Origin: a virus
Length of the DNA: 64,000 nt
Strand: one strand, 5' to 3'
Virus record (IMG/VR): IMGVR_UViG_3300044535_002275
Coordinates: 64,001-128,000 of that record
Position numbers and translations under genes: made by a program. Below the pieces are notes generated by a model. The model made no database searches. It worked only from the letters and a program-made list of their open reading frames with translations, and had not been told where the DNA came from. This document shows, piece by piece, positions 45,913-55,457 of this stretch (positions are counted from its first letter, which is position 1; every line of letters begins with the position of its first letter).

Positions 45913-46265
45913 CTACGTTCAAACTCTATCACTTGTTCCCAGTCAGGTCCCATGATCATTTGGGTCTTGTTGATCACAAAAATATGTTGAGGAAAACGCT
46001 GTTCTAGCACAGCAACAATTTCGTTGTGATCACGTCCCTGGGCCAAAAAGGTACCGTCGTCGTTGTCAAACCAATATATGATGTCGTTGATAACTTCTTG
46101 TTTGACCACATGCACACGTTGTTCCAGTTGTGCAATCTCCTGTTGTTCTTGATCGTGTTGATCCTGCAGCGAGGGCAAAATCAACCAGCGCAGTACCATG
46201 CGTCCCAAAACAACCCCCACAGCAAACCAGCCAATGGTACTTAAAATGCTTACTAAGATATCCAT
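45909..46265 (-). CDS. Membrane-anchored hypothetical protein
   Basis: N-terminal TM helix; FLAQG motif. Confidence 0.6.
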   Translation of the reverse strand: MDILVSILSTIGWFAVGVVLGRMVLRWLILPSLQDQHDQEQQEIAQLEQRVHVVKQEVINDIIYWFDNDDGTFLAQGRDHNEIVAVLEQRFPQHIFVINKTQMIMGPDWEQVIEFERR

Positions 46266-46273
46266 GCTGTTCC

Positions 46274-46510
46274 TTACAGGGATTGAATATGATCAATAAT
46301 TAATTGCGACTCTGACATGTCAACAAGCCCGTTATCGATGTCGGTATCGAATACTTCGAACATGACCATGCGGATCATGGCATGAGCCATAGGCTTGATG
46401 CTAGCAGGTAAAGATTCGAACCACTTGATTAGTTGTTCGGACGTGTTGCATGACCAAATTGCATCACATAATTCTTGTTGTAGAGGCGAAAGATTAGGAA
46501 TTGATATCAT
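46274..46510 (-). CDS. Hypothetical protein
   Basis: Packed ORF. Confidence 0.55.
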   Translation of the reverse strand: MISIPNLSPLQQELCDAIWSCNTSEQLIKWFESLPASIKPMAHAMIRMVMFEVFDTDIDNGLVDMSESQLIIDHIQSL

Positions 46511-46665
46511 ATTTTTTCCAGTCGTTGTTGGCGTCGGTACTCGTGTTTGAGAAAGTATTTAAATCTTTGAAAATATTCTGATCGGCTGAAGCGAGATTCG
46601 TGACACTGCTCGCGTTCGTCGCAGTTGTCAAACCATAGTTGTTCAATCCACACACGGAATTTCAT
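46507..46665 (-). CDS. Small hypothetical protein MKFRVWIEQLW...
   Basis: AGGAG Shine-Dalgarno; promoter TTGACT-17-TATAAT at 46714-46686 plus palindrome at 46724-46741. Confidence 0.55.
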   Translation of the reverse strand: MKFRVWIEQLWFDNCDEREQCHESRFSRSEYFQRFKYFLKHEYRRQQRLEKI

Positions 46666-46755
46666 TTCTGTCTCCTGATGCGTTAATTATACTACTAAAC
46701 TTGTTGCCAGTCAACAGAGAAAGTGTGGTTTTTTCACAACTGTTGTACATACGCC

Positions 46756-47118
46756 TTAGCGCGGAACACACCCATTTAGCCATGCCGTGAGGTCACCGTA
46801 CATGGTGGCCATCATGGCTTCTCGACTGCTAAAAAATACTATTTTTCGAGCACGGGAATCCAGGTAAAAAGGAAATGCAATCTTACGGTCCATGTCCAGC
46901 AACACACGCTTGGTTATGGTTTTGGGTTCGAACGGCAAATGCCAATGCTGTATTTCCAAGGTCTGACTCAATACTCTAAATCCCTCAGCAGTGAGTCTCA
47001 AGCCACCAGTATCTCTTATGTTGACATACCAATCAAATAGAGCCTCGTTTAATTCCGGAGCAGCAGCACCGGGCCAGGCACGAATAAGTTCTTGTGTGAT
47101 GTCACGCTTGTTTATCAT
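46756..47118 (-). CDS. Hypothetical protein
   Basis: GGLRLTAEG motif. Confidence 0.6.
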   Translation of the reverse strand: MINKRDITQELIRAWPGAAAPELNEALFDWYVNIRDTGGLRLTAEGFRVLSQTLEIQHWHLPFEPKTITKRVLLDMDRKIAFPFYLDSRARKIVFFSSREAMMATMYGDLTAWLNGCVPR

Positions 47119-47404
47119 CAGGATATATCTGTTGACCTTGAGTCAACAACACCACTGAGAATTTGTCAGTTTTGAATTGAGTGTTGAGTTTTTTGGCCAA
47201 GTTGACAGCATGTCCTTGATTACTGAACGATACTTTTTTATACTTGGGTCCAGGGTATTGAACCAACAGATTAGAAGTCTTGAGATTGATAGGCTTGCTA
47301 TCAAAGAACACAGCCCAGATACCTTGGGCTGCTAATACCTGTTCAGTTTTATAAGTAGATCTGTTGGTGATTTCTACTAGCACATCGGGTTTTGGTCTGC
47401 TCAT
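47102..47404 (-). CDS. Conserved hypothetical protein
   Basis: GGAG Shine-Dalgarno and late ATAAATA motif; PGPKYKKVSFSN. Confidence 0.7.
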   Translation of the reverse strand: MSRPKPDVLVEITNRSTYKTEQVLAAQGIWAVFFDSKPINLKTSNLLVQYPGPKYKKVSFSNQGHAVNLAKKLNTQFKTDKFSVVLLTQGQQIYPDDKQA

Positions 47405-47445
47405 TCATTAAACTCCTACATTTATTTATCTAAATGTAAGCCGTT

Positions 47446-47658
47446 TTAGAACGAGCCTCCATCTATTTCAATGTTACTGCTGGGTGCAGTAACAGGTGCA
47501 ATAGTGCGTTGTTCTTGTAAATTTTGCAGAGCTAGCAACAGTTTGGTAATGTCAGCATGTAGATCTTTGGCATCACTCATGCTCATAGTAAAGTCACGCT
47601 GAGATCTTGAATCAGCTGCTTTGATACGATCGATAAATCGATTTATATGCAAGCTCAT
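47446..47658 (-). CDS. Hypothetical protein
   Basis: Coupled ORF. Confidence 0.55.
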   Translation of the reverse strand: MSLHINRFIDRIKAADSRSQRDFTMSMSDAKDLHADITKLLLALQNLQEQRTIAPVTAPSSNIEIDGGSF

Positions 47659-47873
47659 TAGTCATTCCCGCAAATATTTCGAGCCGTTGCAACATGTTTA
47701 AATTCCATGTGCGGAGCAATGTCGTTGTCGAAAATCTGCGCCATAGTGTTCCAAAGATATGTGCGTTCCTCTATAGTCATACCAGAGAAGAAGCTGCCAG
47801 TTTCGGATTTTATTATACCGTAGTCGTGTCTGTAAGTGTAACACATGTTGGTGATGATATTTTCTCGATCCAT
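47658..47873 (-). CDS. Hypothetical protein
   Basis: MCYTYRHDYG...MAQIFDNDIAP. Confidence 0.55.
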   Translation of the reverse strand: MDRENIITNMCYTYRHDYGIIKSETGSFFSGMTIEERTYLWNTMAQIFDNDIAPHMEFKHVATARNICGND

Positions 47874-47875
47874 GA

Positions 47876-48244
47876 TTATTTTCTCAAATAAGGTGCTAAC
47901 TTAGGAGACTGCCAGTTCACAGGTTTTAGAACTTTTCCATCTTCGCGTTTACGAACTTTTCCAGTTAATCGATCAATCTTGGCAAAGTTTGTGCCTATAA
48001 CTTCTTTCCAGGCACCTTCGGCATCTGCTCCCATCGAATGAATAGCGCCAATAGCAACAACTAGTATGTCGATTAGTGCATCTAACTGTTCTACCATATC
48101 GCCTGCATTTTCGGCAGCTACTAGCTCTTTGTATTCTTCTTCGATGAGATTTTTATACATTGCAAATTGCTGTTCATTGAACTCATCAACTGATTGATCA
48201 CAAGCTCGCATGAATTTGTATTGATCTTTAAAGGGATTTGTCAC
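47876..48244 (-). CDS. All-alpha NTP pyrophosphohydrolase (PRA-PH/MazG-like)
   Basis: LIEEEYKEL, LDALIDILVV, REDGKVLKP. Confidence 0.82.
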   Translation of the reverse strand: MTNPFKDQYKFMRACDQSVDEFNEQQFAMYKNLIEEEYKELVAAENAGDMVEQLDALIDILVVAIGAIHSMGADAEGAWKEVIGTNFAKIDRLTGKVRKREDGKVLKPVNWQSPKLAPYLRK

Positions 48245-48677
48245 GTGACTGTTCCTCGGTATGATATGGGCCGCGATAAGCGTAGCGTTGCAAGGTAATC
48301 AGTTTGGGACAAAACACAGTTTCCCATTCGCGTCCTTGTTTGATTTGATACCAACCGGCTGCGTACCAGCTTTTGGATTTAGGTTCTTTGGTCCACAGCG
48401 GTACTTGGTGCTTGACGTCGTAGATGGCATTGTAGGCTCTACTGCTGGTACTGTAACCATGAACTGAATTTACCGATGTAGCGGACTTTCTCTTGATCAC
48501 AGGTTCAAAGTCGATTTGTACTCGCTGCTTGATTGTGTTGATGGTTTTAAAACGTTCAATCTGATTATTGATTTTTACTGAAAATCCCTGTGGTCCTGCT
48601 TCTATGTTTCCAATCTTGCGATCGTTTTCTTTTAAGATCCAGTATTGATTAGGAACTACTGTTTTTGCTACTATCAT
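48228..48677 (-). CDS. Hypothetical protein
   Basis: Packed ORF; FCPKLITL motif. Confidence 0.6.
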   Translation of the reverse strand: MIVAKTVVPNQYWILKENDRKIGNIEAGPQGFSVKINNQIERFKTINTIKQRVQIDFEPVIKRKSATSVNSVHGYSTSSRAYNAIYDVKHQVPLWTKEPKSKSWYAAGWYQIKQGREWETVFCPKLITLQRYAYRGPYHTEEQSRDKSL

Positions 48678-49671
48678 CGAGAACTCCTTGATATGTTTGA
48701 TTCAACCATCGAGCATATTGCTCAGCTGATTCACTGGCCTTGACCAAGTCATACTTGCCACAAAACTTCATAAATCTGATGCCTACTTGTCCAATATCTT
48801 TGTGACTAACCATACTTTGAATACTGTCATCGACCATTTGTTTAACTTCTACCGGTTGTGCATTTAAATCGATTAGCAAACGATTGCGCTCGTAATCGTC
48901 TAACACACGATGCTCTTCGCCATTATGGTCGGTCCAGCGTTGCAGCATGAGATTGTTCCAAGCATAACCCTGCCGGCTGCGATCTTCAAATGCTTCTGTT
49001 AGACCCACTTTGTTTTTAGTACCTTTGACACGCACACCCGGATAGGCCGAAAACACATTGTCACTAGTGTCGCCGCGCATGCACTTTTCAAACAGCAGCC
49101 ATTCTGGATTGGGTATGGTCTTGGGTAATTTGGTTTTTTTATCGATCACTGGACGATTTTTTGCGTCAAAAATTCCGCGGACAGTCAGTAATTCATCAGT
49201 GATTCCATTGTACTGATCTACGTTGTCGGCTAACAGTTGAACAAAGTCAGTGTCACTAGAAATAATTACATGATGGTCTTGGGGGTGTAAAGCTATCCAA
49301 CGTGCTATGATATCGTCGGCCTCGGCATTTTCGTTTCTGATTACTGAACAGTTTGTACCTTCAGCCAAGTATTTAGTCAAGTTATCAAAGGTTTCCCAGA
49401 ACAATTGATCTTCTTGTTGTTCTTTTTCAGTCTGCGCTGCTCTAGCGTCACTGCGATTACGCTTGTAAGGAGCATAAACATCCTTGCGCCAACTGCGTCC
49501 TTCGAGTGCAAATACCACATGATCTGCACCAAATTTTTGGTAGACCTTGTTAACTGCGCTAAGTGTGATATGCAAAGCATAACCTACTTTTTCCCAGTCA
49601 TCACTGGCTCTAAAAGCCACGTGTCTGGCACGGAAAAACAAATTAGCAGTATCAATAAGAATGTATTTCAT
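48649..49671 (-). CDS. rnh: T4 RNase H-like 5'-3' exonuclease
   Basis: LIDTAN, SWRK..Y..YKRNR, EADDIIA, SSDTDFVQL, GDTSDNV. Confidence 0.88.
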   Translation of the reverse strand: MKYILIDTANLFFRARHVAFRASDDWEKVGYALHITLSAVNKVYQKFGADHVVFALEGRSWRKDVYAPYKRNRSDARAAQTEKEQQEDQLFWETFDNLTKYLAEGTNCSVIRNENAEADDIIARWIALHPQDHHVIISSDTDFVQLLADNVDQYNGITDELLTVRGIFDAKNRPVIDKKTKLPKTIPNPEWLLFEKCMRGDTSDNVFSAYPGVRVKGTKNKVGLTEAFEDRSRQGYAWNNLMLQRWTDHNGEEHRVLDDYERNRLLIDLNAQPVEVKQMVDDSIQSMVSHKDIGQVGIRFMKFCGKYDLVKASESAEQYARWLNQTYQGVLDDSSKNSSS

Positions 49672-50425
49672 GTGCTTTTAAGTAGTTAGTTAAACTAGGA
49701 ATAAGAACCTGTTGGGTCCATTTTAAGTGACCATCAATGCTGGGATGGAATTGGTCTTCTGAAATTAGGTCGTGTTTAACTGACCAATTGTACAATGTTT
49801 CAGCATCTAAAAACATTTTACTATATTCTGTTCTTAAATGCAATGGTATTAAGTTGTTTATTTCAAAATCACTGTTTATATCATCTCTATTTGCATAGTT
49901 TAAAAAACAAAATCGATAACCTTTAGATTTTAAATAATGCCAGGTTGAATTTACATATAAAAAATTTTCTACAGACCGAGAATTTTTGTCTTTGGAATTT
50001 AATACTTTTCTTGACAAGACAATATCGACATTCCCTGAATCGTTGTGACCGGATAAACCAGTTTGCACTTTGTCATTGTATGCAAAAGAAAATGAATATG
50101 GTTTAATCGCATCCTTGGAAAATATAAAATCATCTCGATCGTTACCTGACCACATGACAATAACCAATGTATCTACAGGATTTAATTTTTCTAATTCTAA
50201 AGACCATTGTAGAGATTGAGATATATGATAATTTCCAGCTCCGGGCAAACTGCAGTCATACACTTGTTTAAAATTTGCCAAGTCTCTAAGATAGTAAGGC
50301 CAAGCACACAAATCAGATTCTGAATTGTTAAAAGTAAAACTGCAACCACTAACCACAAGATTTTTTATGTCAAAGTCAATGACAGAATCGAATTGTTTAT
50401 TCAGAGTTCTTTGTTTAAATGTCAT
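49652..50425 (-). CDS. SGNH-like hypothetical protein
   Basis: SGCSFT, PGAGN, VMWS, FHPS motifs. Confidence 0.6.
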   Translation of the reverse strand: MTFKQRTLNKQFDSVIDFDIKNLVVSGCSFTFNNSESDLCAWPYYLRDLANFKQVYDCSLPGAGNYHISQSLQWSLELEKLNPVDTLVIVMWSGNDRDDFIFSKDAIKPYSFSFAYNDKVQTGLSGHNDSGNVDIVLSRKVLNSKDKNSRSVENFLYVNSTWHYLKSKGYRFCFLNYANRDDINSDFEINNLIPLHLRTEYSKMFLDAETLYNWSVKHDLISEDQFHPSIDGHLKWTQQVLIPSLTNYLKAHEIHSY

Positions 50426-50431
50426 CGAGAA

Positions 50432-51139
50432 TCAAATCAATTTGTTAGCAATAATGTATTGTAGCATAAAACGACTCCATGCTGCATGTGCTTCCTTACC
50501 GAAATGGTATGAATTGGATGCAACTGTTTCGTATCTGTTGCTTAATAACCACTGACTGTAGGTCATTGTAGAATCGTAAGGACTGATATAACTGGTACCC
50601 CAGTCTCGCCGTTGTTTTTTCGAAACGGATCCAAAATGTGTGTTTCCGTTAAAGAATATGTGTTTAACACCCAGTTCAACCAGCTCCAAATGAAAGCTCC
50701 ATATATCATTATGTGCTTGTTCAGTTGTTGTGTTCCAATCAATAGAACTGACAAATTCTTTATACTTTTGTTGATGAGATTCAGGAAGGTGGTCTATACC
50801 GGACGCATTAACTTGAAACCAAGAATCATCGATTAGCCACTCTTGGCGCTCCCAAGTTGACCATTGTATGATCATTAAAGTATCAGACGTGTCAGAATGA
50901 TCTTTTAGCCATTCTCTGGTGGTTCTAATGATACGTTGATTAGAAGCAGCTGATTCAGCATCGCAGTAAAACGCAGCCTTTAATACTTCAGATAATCGTT
51001 TACCCCAGCTGACTGCCAGATTTTCAGGATGCGGTAGTCTTCCAAGATATCGCAAATCCCAGTCGTCTTCGGCAAATGCGCAGGCATTTACAGCTTCGGC
51101 ACCAGCGGTGTGACTATCGCCGTTGACATATAATTTCAT
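50432..51139 (-). CDS. SGNH-like hypothetical protein
   Basis: YVNGDSHTAG, ASNQRIIR, IQWSTWER, terminal HF. Confidence 0.6.
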   Translation of the reverse strand: MKLYVNGDSHTAGAEAVNACAFAEDDWDLRYLGRLPHPENLAVSWGKRLSEVLKAAFYCDAESAASNQRIIRTTREWLKDHSDTSDTLMIIQWSTWERQEWLIDDSWFQVNASGIDHLPESHQQKYKEFVSSIDWNTTTEQAHNDIWSFHLELVELGVKHIFFNGNTHFGSVSKKQRRDWGTSYISPYDSTMTYSQWLLSNRYETVASNSYHFGKEAHAAWSRFMLQYIIANKLI

Positions 51140-51609
51140 TTGCGCAGGTCCTTTTCGATTTCGGCCTGTACTACACGTTTACGTAAGCTGCTGCTACTAA
51201 ATGAATGATCTCGTTTATTAAAAATCAATTCAATGCCGCGGGCACAACACTCATGCGCTCCTGTAAATTCTTTATCGGCATATTCTACTCCTAAGATTCT
51301 AACATCAACTGGCAAGATCAACAGCAAGTCTACTAGATCCTGTTCAGTTTGATATATCACTATTTCGTCTACAAATCTAGTGGCCGACAACTGTATCTGT
51401 CGTTCTACTATGCTCTGCACCGGAGGATTTTTTGTGTCGGGTCGATCAATTGTGGGATCAGTTTGCAAGCCGGCAATCAAATAATCACAGTGATTTTTAG
51501 CTTCGGCTAACATGGCAATGTGTCCGGCATGCAGTAAATCAAATGTGCTGAAAGTGATGCCAATTCTCAGGCCCTGCTGCTTTAGTTCTTTAATTTTGTT
51601 GAATATCAT
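51136..51609 (-). CDS. Cytidylyltransferase (TagD-like)
   Basis: FDLLHAGH HxGH motif, RDHSFSSS. Confidence 0.88.
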   Translation of the reverse strand: MIFNKIKELKQQGLRIGITFSTFDLLHAGHIAMLAEAKNHCDYLIAGLQTDPTIDRPDTKNPPVQSIVERQIQLSATRFVDEIVIYQTEQDLVDLLLILPVDVRILGVEYADKEFTGAHECCARGIELIFNKRDHSFSSSSLRKRVVQAEIEKDLRK

Positions 51610-51655
51610 TTTAGTTTTAACATTAAAAATGGTGCTAACTCAGCATTAGCACTGG

Positions 51656-52048
51656 TTATGATACTTCTGTACGTCCGTTGCCTATGTCTCTGCTGCGTGT
51701 AAATCTGGTAGGGTTCATGGCCTGCTCTTGTTCCCAGGTTTCCATGACCACATGCCGGCACACATTTTGAAACCATTGATCCACAATGTCAGCATCGGTT
51801 TTGCCCACGTATCCGGCACGTATTAGATTGGCCACAAACTTTTCGTTCCAGTCCAATTCAAAGGCACCTTGGTGGATGTTTTCAGGATCAACGTCCATGC
51901 TGAGAATAGCCACATACGGATCTCCGCGTTCGGTAGCCAAATCTTTGTCGGACTTTTTGACACGTGATTTTTTGCCAGTCTTGGGAGTTTCTGCAGCAGA
52001 TTGGTCAGCTGTTGCTTTTACAAATTTCTTTTTAAAATATTCAAACAT
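51656..52048 (-). CDS. Hypothetical protein
   Basis: FELDWN motif; AAGGA Shine-Dalgarno before MFEYF. Confidence 0.6.
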   Translation of the reverse strand: MFEYFKKKFVKATADQSAAETPKTGKKSRVKKSDKDLATERGDPYVAILSMDVDPENIHQGAFELDWNEKFVANLIRAGYVGKTDADIVDQWFQNVCRHVVMETWEQEQAMNPTRFTRSRDIGNGRTEVS

Positions 52049-52050
52049 TA

Positions 52051-52521
52051 TTATTCCTTGATTTCTATCCATGTGTGGTCACCCAACCACTTGACTGCTG
52101 TAATATATTGATACCATGCAGGTGGACCTGCTGACCAACCATCAGGTCCCATGCCGCATAATATGATTTCGTTGCGTCTGGTATCTTGCACCAGCCAATA
52201 GATCTGTCCGTGAGCAATTTGAAAATCATAACGGGCAGCATGTACCATATCAGTTAAGTCTAATCTGCGCTTTATGTCAGCTGCCTGCTGCTGTAGTACA
52301 TCTACCAACTGCATGATTCTGTTGTACTCTTGCTCGGCATGCATGCGAGCAACATTCAGCATGATGTCTTTTTGTCGAGTAACAGGAACTAAATCAAATG
52401 CCGGCGCACCGGCTTCTGTGGGGTAAGGTGTAACGTTCCTATTAAAAAAATCAATCTGCGTGTTGCCAACTTCAACGTCAAAGCTGGTTCTTCCTTTAGC
52501 TCGATTAGATTTTTTAGACAA
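52051..52521 (-). CDS. Hypothetical protein (DUF2452-like)
   Basis: PYPTEAGAPAF, coiled coil, GQIYWL, DHTW. Confidence 0.55.
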   Translation of the reverse strand: MSKKSNRAKGRTSFDVEVGNTQIDFFNRNVTPYPTEAGAPAFDLVPVTRQKDIMLNVARMHAEQEYNRIMQLVDVLQQQAADIKRRLDLTDMVHAARYDFQIAHGQIYWLVQDTRRNEIILCGMGPDGWSAGPPAWYQYITAVKWLGDHTWIEIKE

Positions 52522-53376
52522 TCAAGTGCCCCACTCGTTCTTAAACAAAGGAACTTGCAGTCTATCACTGTAGCGCAAGCCATTTTTCATAGCAAACTCT
52601 GCTACACGGCGATTGTTGAGTACGTACACACTTTCCACTCCACCTACCGGCATCAAGTAGCAAGGTCCACTAAATCCAGCAGCACGATATACAGACAATG
52701 TTTCCAGTGCTTCAGCAGCATCCGCTTCTGTGGCAATCACAAACTTGAGGTAAGTGTAACCGATTTCCTGATACTCGCACACAACCTTGGGAAGAATAGC
52801 TTCCGACCGTTCTTCGCCTGAGCAGCTAAGTTTAGCACTGACACTGAAAGTTAACTTGTTGTAATCTCGACCAAACCGTGTAAATTCTGTAAACAAATAG
52901 TCTTTGAATTCTGTGGAGAGTTGTTGAGTGCCGTTTGTTTCGAATGTAATCTCTTTAAGATCTGCCATCTTGGGATGATTCAACAGATCAGGATAAGCAC
53001 GTTGCCAGCCCAACAGAGGTTCACCGCCTGTAATGACCAAATGTTCATCCTGCCATTTGTTAAACGGCAGTATTTCTGTAATACGATCAGCAATGGCATC
53101 AGTTGTCAACATAGGACTAAGATGCTTAAACTCTGGAGCCCACGAGGCGTACGAATCACATCCAGTTGATACCAACGGTAGTTCCTCGTAGCTTTTAAAA
53201 TTTATTGCTTGTTCAGCCACGCGATGACGTTCTTGTGTTTTTTCTCCCAACGGCATACCAAAACCGTCGCAAGTGAAGTTACAACCGAATGTTCTAAGGA
53301 ACACACTGGGGACACCCATGAAACGACCTTCGCCCTGGATGGAATAAAATAGTTCTGCGATTTTAATTTTGCTCAT
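52522..53376 (-). CDS. queE: 7-carboxy-7-deazaguanine synthase (radical SAM)
   Basis: ELFYSIQGEG, FLRTFGCNFTC...CD (insert in Cx3Cx2C), ITGGEP, ETNGT. Confidence 0.88.
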   Translation of the reverse strand: MSKIKIAELFYSIQGEGRFMGVPSVFLRTFGCNFTCDGFGMPLGEKTQERHRVAEQAINFKSYEELPLVSTGCDSYASWAPEFKHLSPMLTTDAIADRITEILPFNKWQDEHLVITGGEPLLGWQRAYPDLLNHPKMADLKEITFETNGTQQLSTEFKDYLFTEFTRFGRDYNKLTFSVSAKLSCSGEERSEAILPKVVCEYQEIGYTYLKFVIATEADAAEALETLSVYRAAGFSGPCYLMPVGGVESVYVLNNRRVAEFAMKNGLRYSDRLQVPLFKNEWGT

Positions 53377-53390
53377 GATTTATTATACAC

Positions 53391-53879
53391 TTATTTAGAA
53401 ATTTTTTCAACTATGATGCCGCTCTTTTTCAAGAATTCAACTCCAGCATCGCTACGATAATCTTCGCTGTAAAATACTCGTTTCACACCTGCTTGGAATA
53501 TCATCTTAGCACAATCTATACAAGGACTGTGTGTAATAAACATATCAGCATCCTGAGCACTGACAGTGCTTTTGGCCATTTTACTGACAGCATTGGATTC
53601 GGCGTGCAACACTTCCGGGCGTGTCTTTAATCTGTAGCAAGTGCCGTCGGGTTCTTGTAGGGGGAAGTAAAGGTCTGCCCATTCAGAATGTTTATCATAC
53701 CGGTCTGGATATTCTTTGTACTCGCAATCGTTATCCCACCCGGAAGGCATGCCGTTATAGCCGTAAGTGATAACATCGTCCTTAACAATCACAGCGCCTA
53801 CTTTTAATCTACGAGCATAGCTGAGTTCTGCTACTCTGTGTGCAATATCAATATAAGCTTGTATGTACTTTTCTTTCAT
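53391..53879 (-). CDS. dCMP deaminase
   Basis: GYNGMP, HAESNA, SPCIDC. Confidence 0.92.
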   Translation of the reverse strand: MKEKYIQAYIDIAHRVAELSYARRLKVGAVIVKDDVITYGYNGMPSGWDNDCEYKEYPDRYDKHSEWADLYFPLQEPDGTCYRLKTRPEVLHAESNAVSKMAKSTVSAQDADMFITHSPCIDCAKMIFQAGVKRVFYSEDYRSDAGVEFLKKSGIIVEKISK

Positions 53880-54208
53880 TGATGCTCTCTACGACCATCA
53901 AACACGCAAACAAAATACAAGTCCATTTCGCCGGTGTTGTGTACACGATGAAACACTCCGTTTTGTATAAGGATCATGTCACCGGGACCAACGGAAAACT
54001 TTTCGTTGTCCAGTTCCATTTCACCGAAACCGCGCAAGAAAAAATATACTTCTTCCTGCCCAACATGACAATGGCCGGACGTGCTTTTTTCTCTATGTAA
54101 ACAAGTTGAACTTACTACAAGATTTTTTAAGTCGGTATTATCAATCACAGTATAGCGATCATCTTGTTTGACAATCCGACCGGCAATATCGGCAGTCTTG
54201 AGTTTCAT
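53876..54208 (-). CDS. Cupin-domain protein
   Basis: HCHVGQEEVY...GD...HRVHN. Confidence 0.85.
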   Translation of the reverse strand: MKLKTADIAGRIVKQDDRYTVIDNTDLKNLVVSSTCLHREKSTSGHCHVGQEEVYFFLRGFGEMELDNEKFSVGPGDMILIQNGVFHRVHNTGEMDLYFVCVFDGRREHQ

Positions 54209-54738
54209 TGATGATTCTCCTTTGGATCCCAGCGACGCCACCATTCTTCCCAAGGGAACACTATCCATTGCGGATCATCTAGTTTGTTGATGGTTTCTGC
54301 AGCATAAGTCGGAGTTAGTTGACTCTCACTGGCTTGGTTATCATACAGCACAGCCACACGCACATTACCGGGCTTGCCCCAGATAAGTCTCCAATTCTCG
54401 CTGTTGGGCAAACACCCTGCGGGCCAGTCTTGTTTGATCCAGTTCAGTGTGGCACCGGAATCGTTGATGTCATCAACAATCAGGATGTTCTTGCCGTTGA
54501 ACGCATCTTCGGCCATCCACAAGTTGCTTTCGCAGTCATCTGCAGCACCGTCGCGCAGTCTGACCTTCAGTGTTTCCATGGGGCAATCAAGATACTGACT
54601 AATCAAGTTGGCCGGTGTTAAACCACCGCGGGTAATTCCTACTACGTAATCGGGTGTCCATTTGTCTAGCCACATTTGACGAACCAGTTCTTGAACTTGA
54701 CGCTGTACATCATTCCAGCTTACATATACCTTTTTCAT
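54205..54738 (-). CDS. Purine phosphoribosyltransferase
   Basis: GITRGGL and ILIVDDINDSGAT PRPP motif, WIVFPWE. Confidence 0.88.
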   Translation of the reverse strand: MKKVYVSWNDVQRQVQELVRQMWLDKWTPDYVVGITRGGLTPANLISQYLDCPMETLKVRLRDGAADDCESNLWMAEDAFNGKNILIVDDINDSGATLNWIKQDWPAGCLPNSENWRLIWGKPGNVRVAVLYDNQASESQLTPTYAAETINKLDDPQWIVFPWEEWWRRWDPKENHQ

Positions 54739-55457
54739 AATTCTATACCCAGTTGTTTAGCTAAGTCTGTCATTACCTGAACACGTATATCTGCGTCACG
54801 ACTTCCGTGAAAATGTAATATCTTAGCTTGACTGATATCACAGTTGTTCCAATGATTTCCTAGCTGTTGATTAAGACTAAAAGCCTGCCACGCCATAGCA
54901 GGATCTAACACATCTTCTAATTTTATGTTCTGACTCCAGAATTGATAGTTATGCACCAGTTGTCCCCAAGCCCAATTGCCTTCGCTGTGAGTGAACCAAC
55001 CCTCCATGTGTCTCTCCCCTACAGCCCATACTTCGGGATGCATTTTAGCAGGATAATAACGTATGTCGTCATTGAAATAGTTAGGGAACTCTGAATGAGA
55101 TTTTGGATCAGTGTAGTTGAACATCATCATGTTGTCATAACAACCAAACAGTTCAGTTGGCTTGATAAACAACGTATCAGCACCCATGGCCAAAATATTG
55201 CAAGGTTCTCGATGCCAAAGTTCTTTGATCACATACCATTGTGCAATTTGGTACATACGAGCATCGCGTACTGGCGCAGTGAACTTAATTTCTTCCCAGT
55301 CTCCTTGCAGAAATTTTCTTGCACTAGCTCGACTGATACGATACATGTCTTCGTATTTTTTATGTCCAGCAAGTGCTTGAGTTTCTTCCTCTTGAGTTTT
55401 CCAATAACCCCAAGTGGTGCTGACTGGTCTTACTGCTCCTACTAGGTAATTTTTCAT
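54735..55457 (-). CDS. Putative glycosyltransferase (GT-A-like)
   Basis: GADTLF, FNDD, ILHFHG; sugar-gene context. Confidence 0.5.
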   Translation of the reverse strand: MKNYLVGAVRPVSTTWGYWKTQEEETQALAGHKKYEDMYRISRASARKFLQGDWEEIKFTAPVRDARMYQIAQWYVIKELWHREPCNILAMGADTLFIKPTELFGCYDNMMMFNYTDPKSHSEFPNYFNDDIRYYPAKMHPEVWAVGERHMEGWFTHSEGNWAWGQLVHNYQFWSQNIKLEDVLDPAMAWQAFSLNQQLGNHWNNCDISQAKILHFHGSRDADIRVQVMTDLAKQLGIEL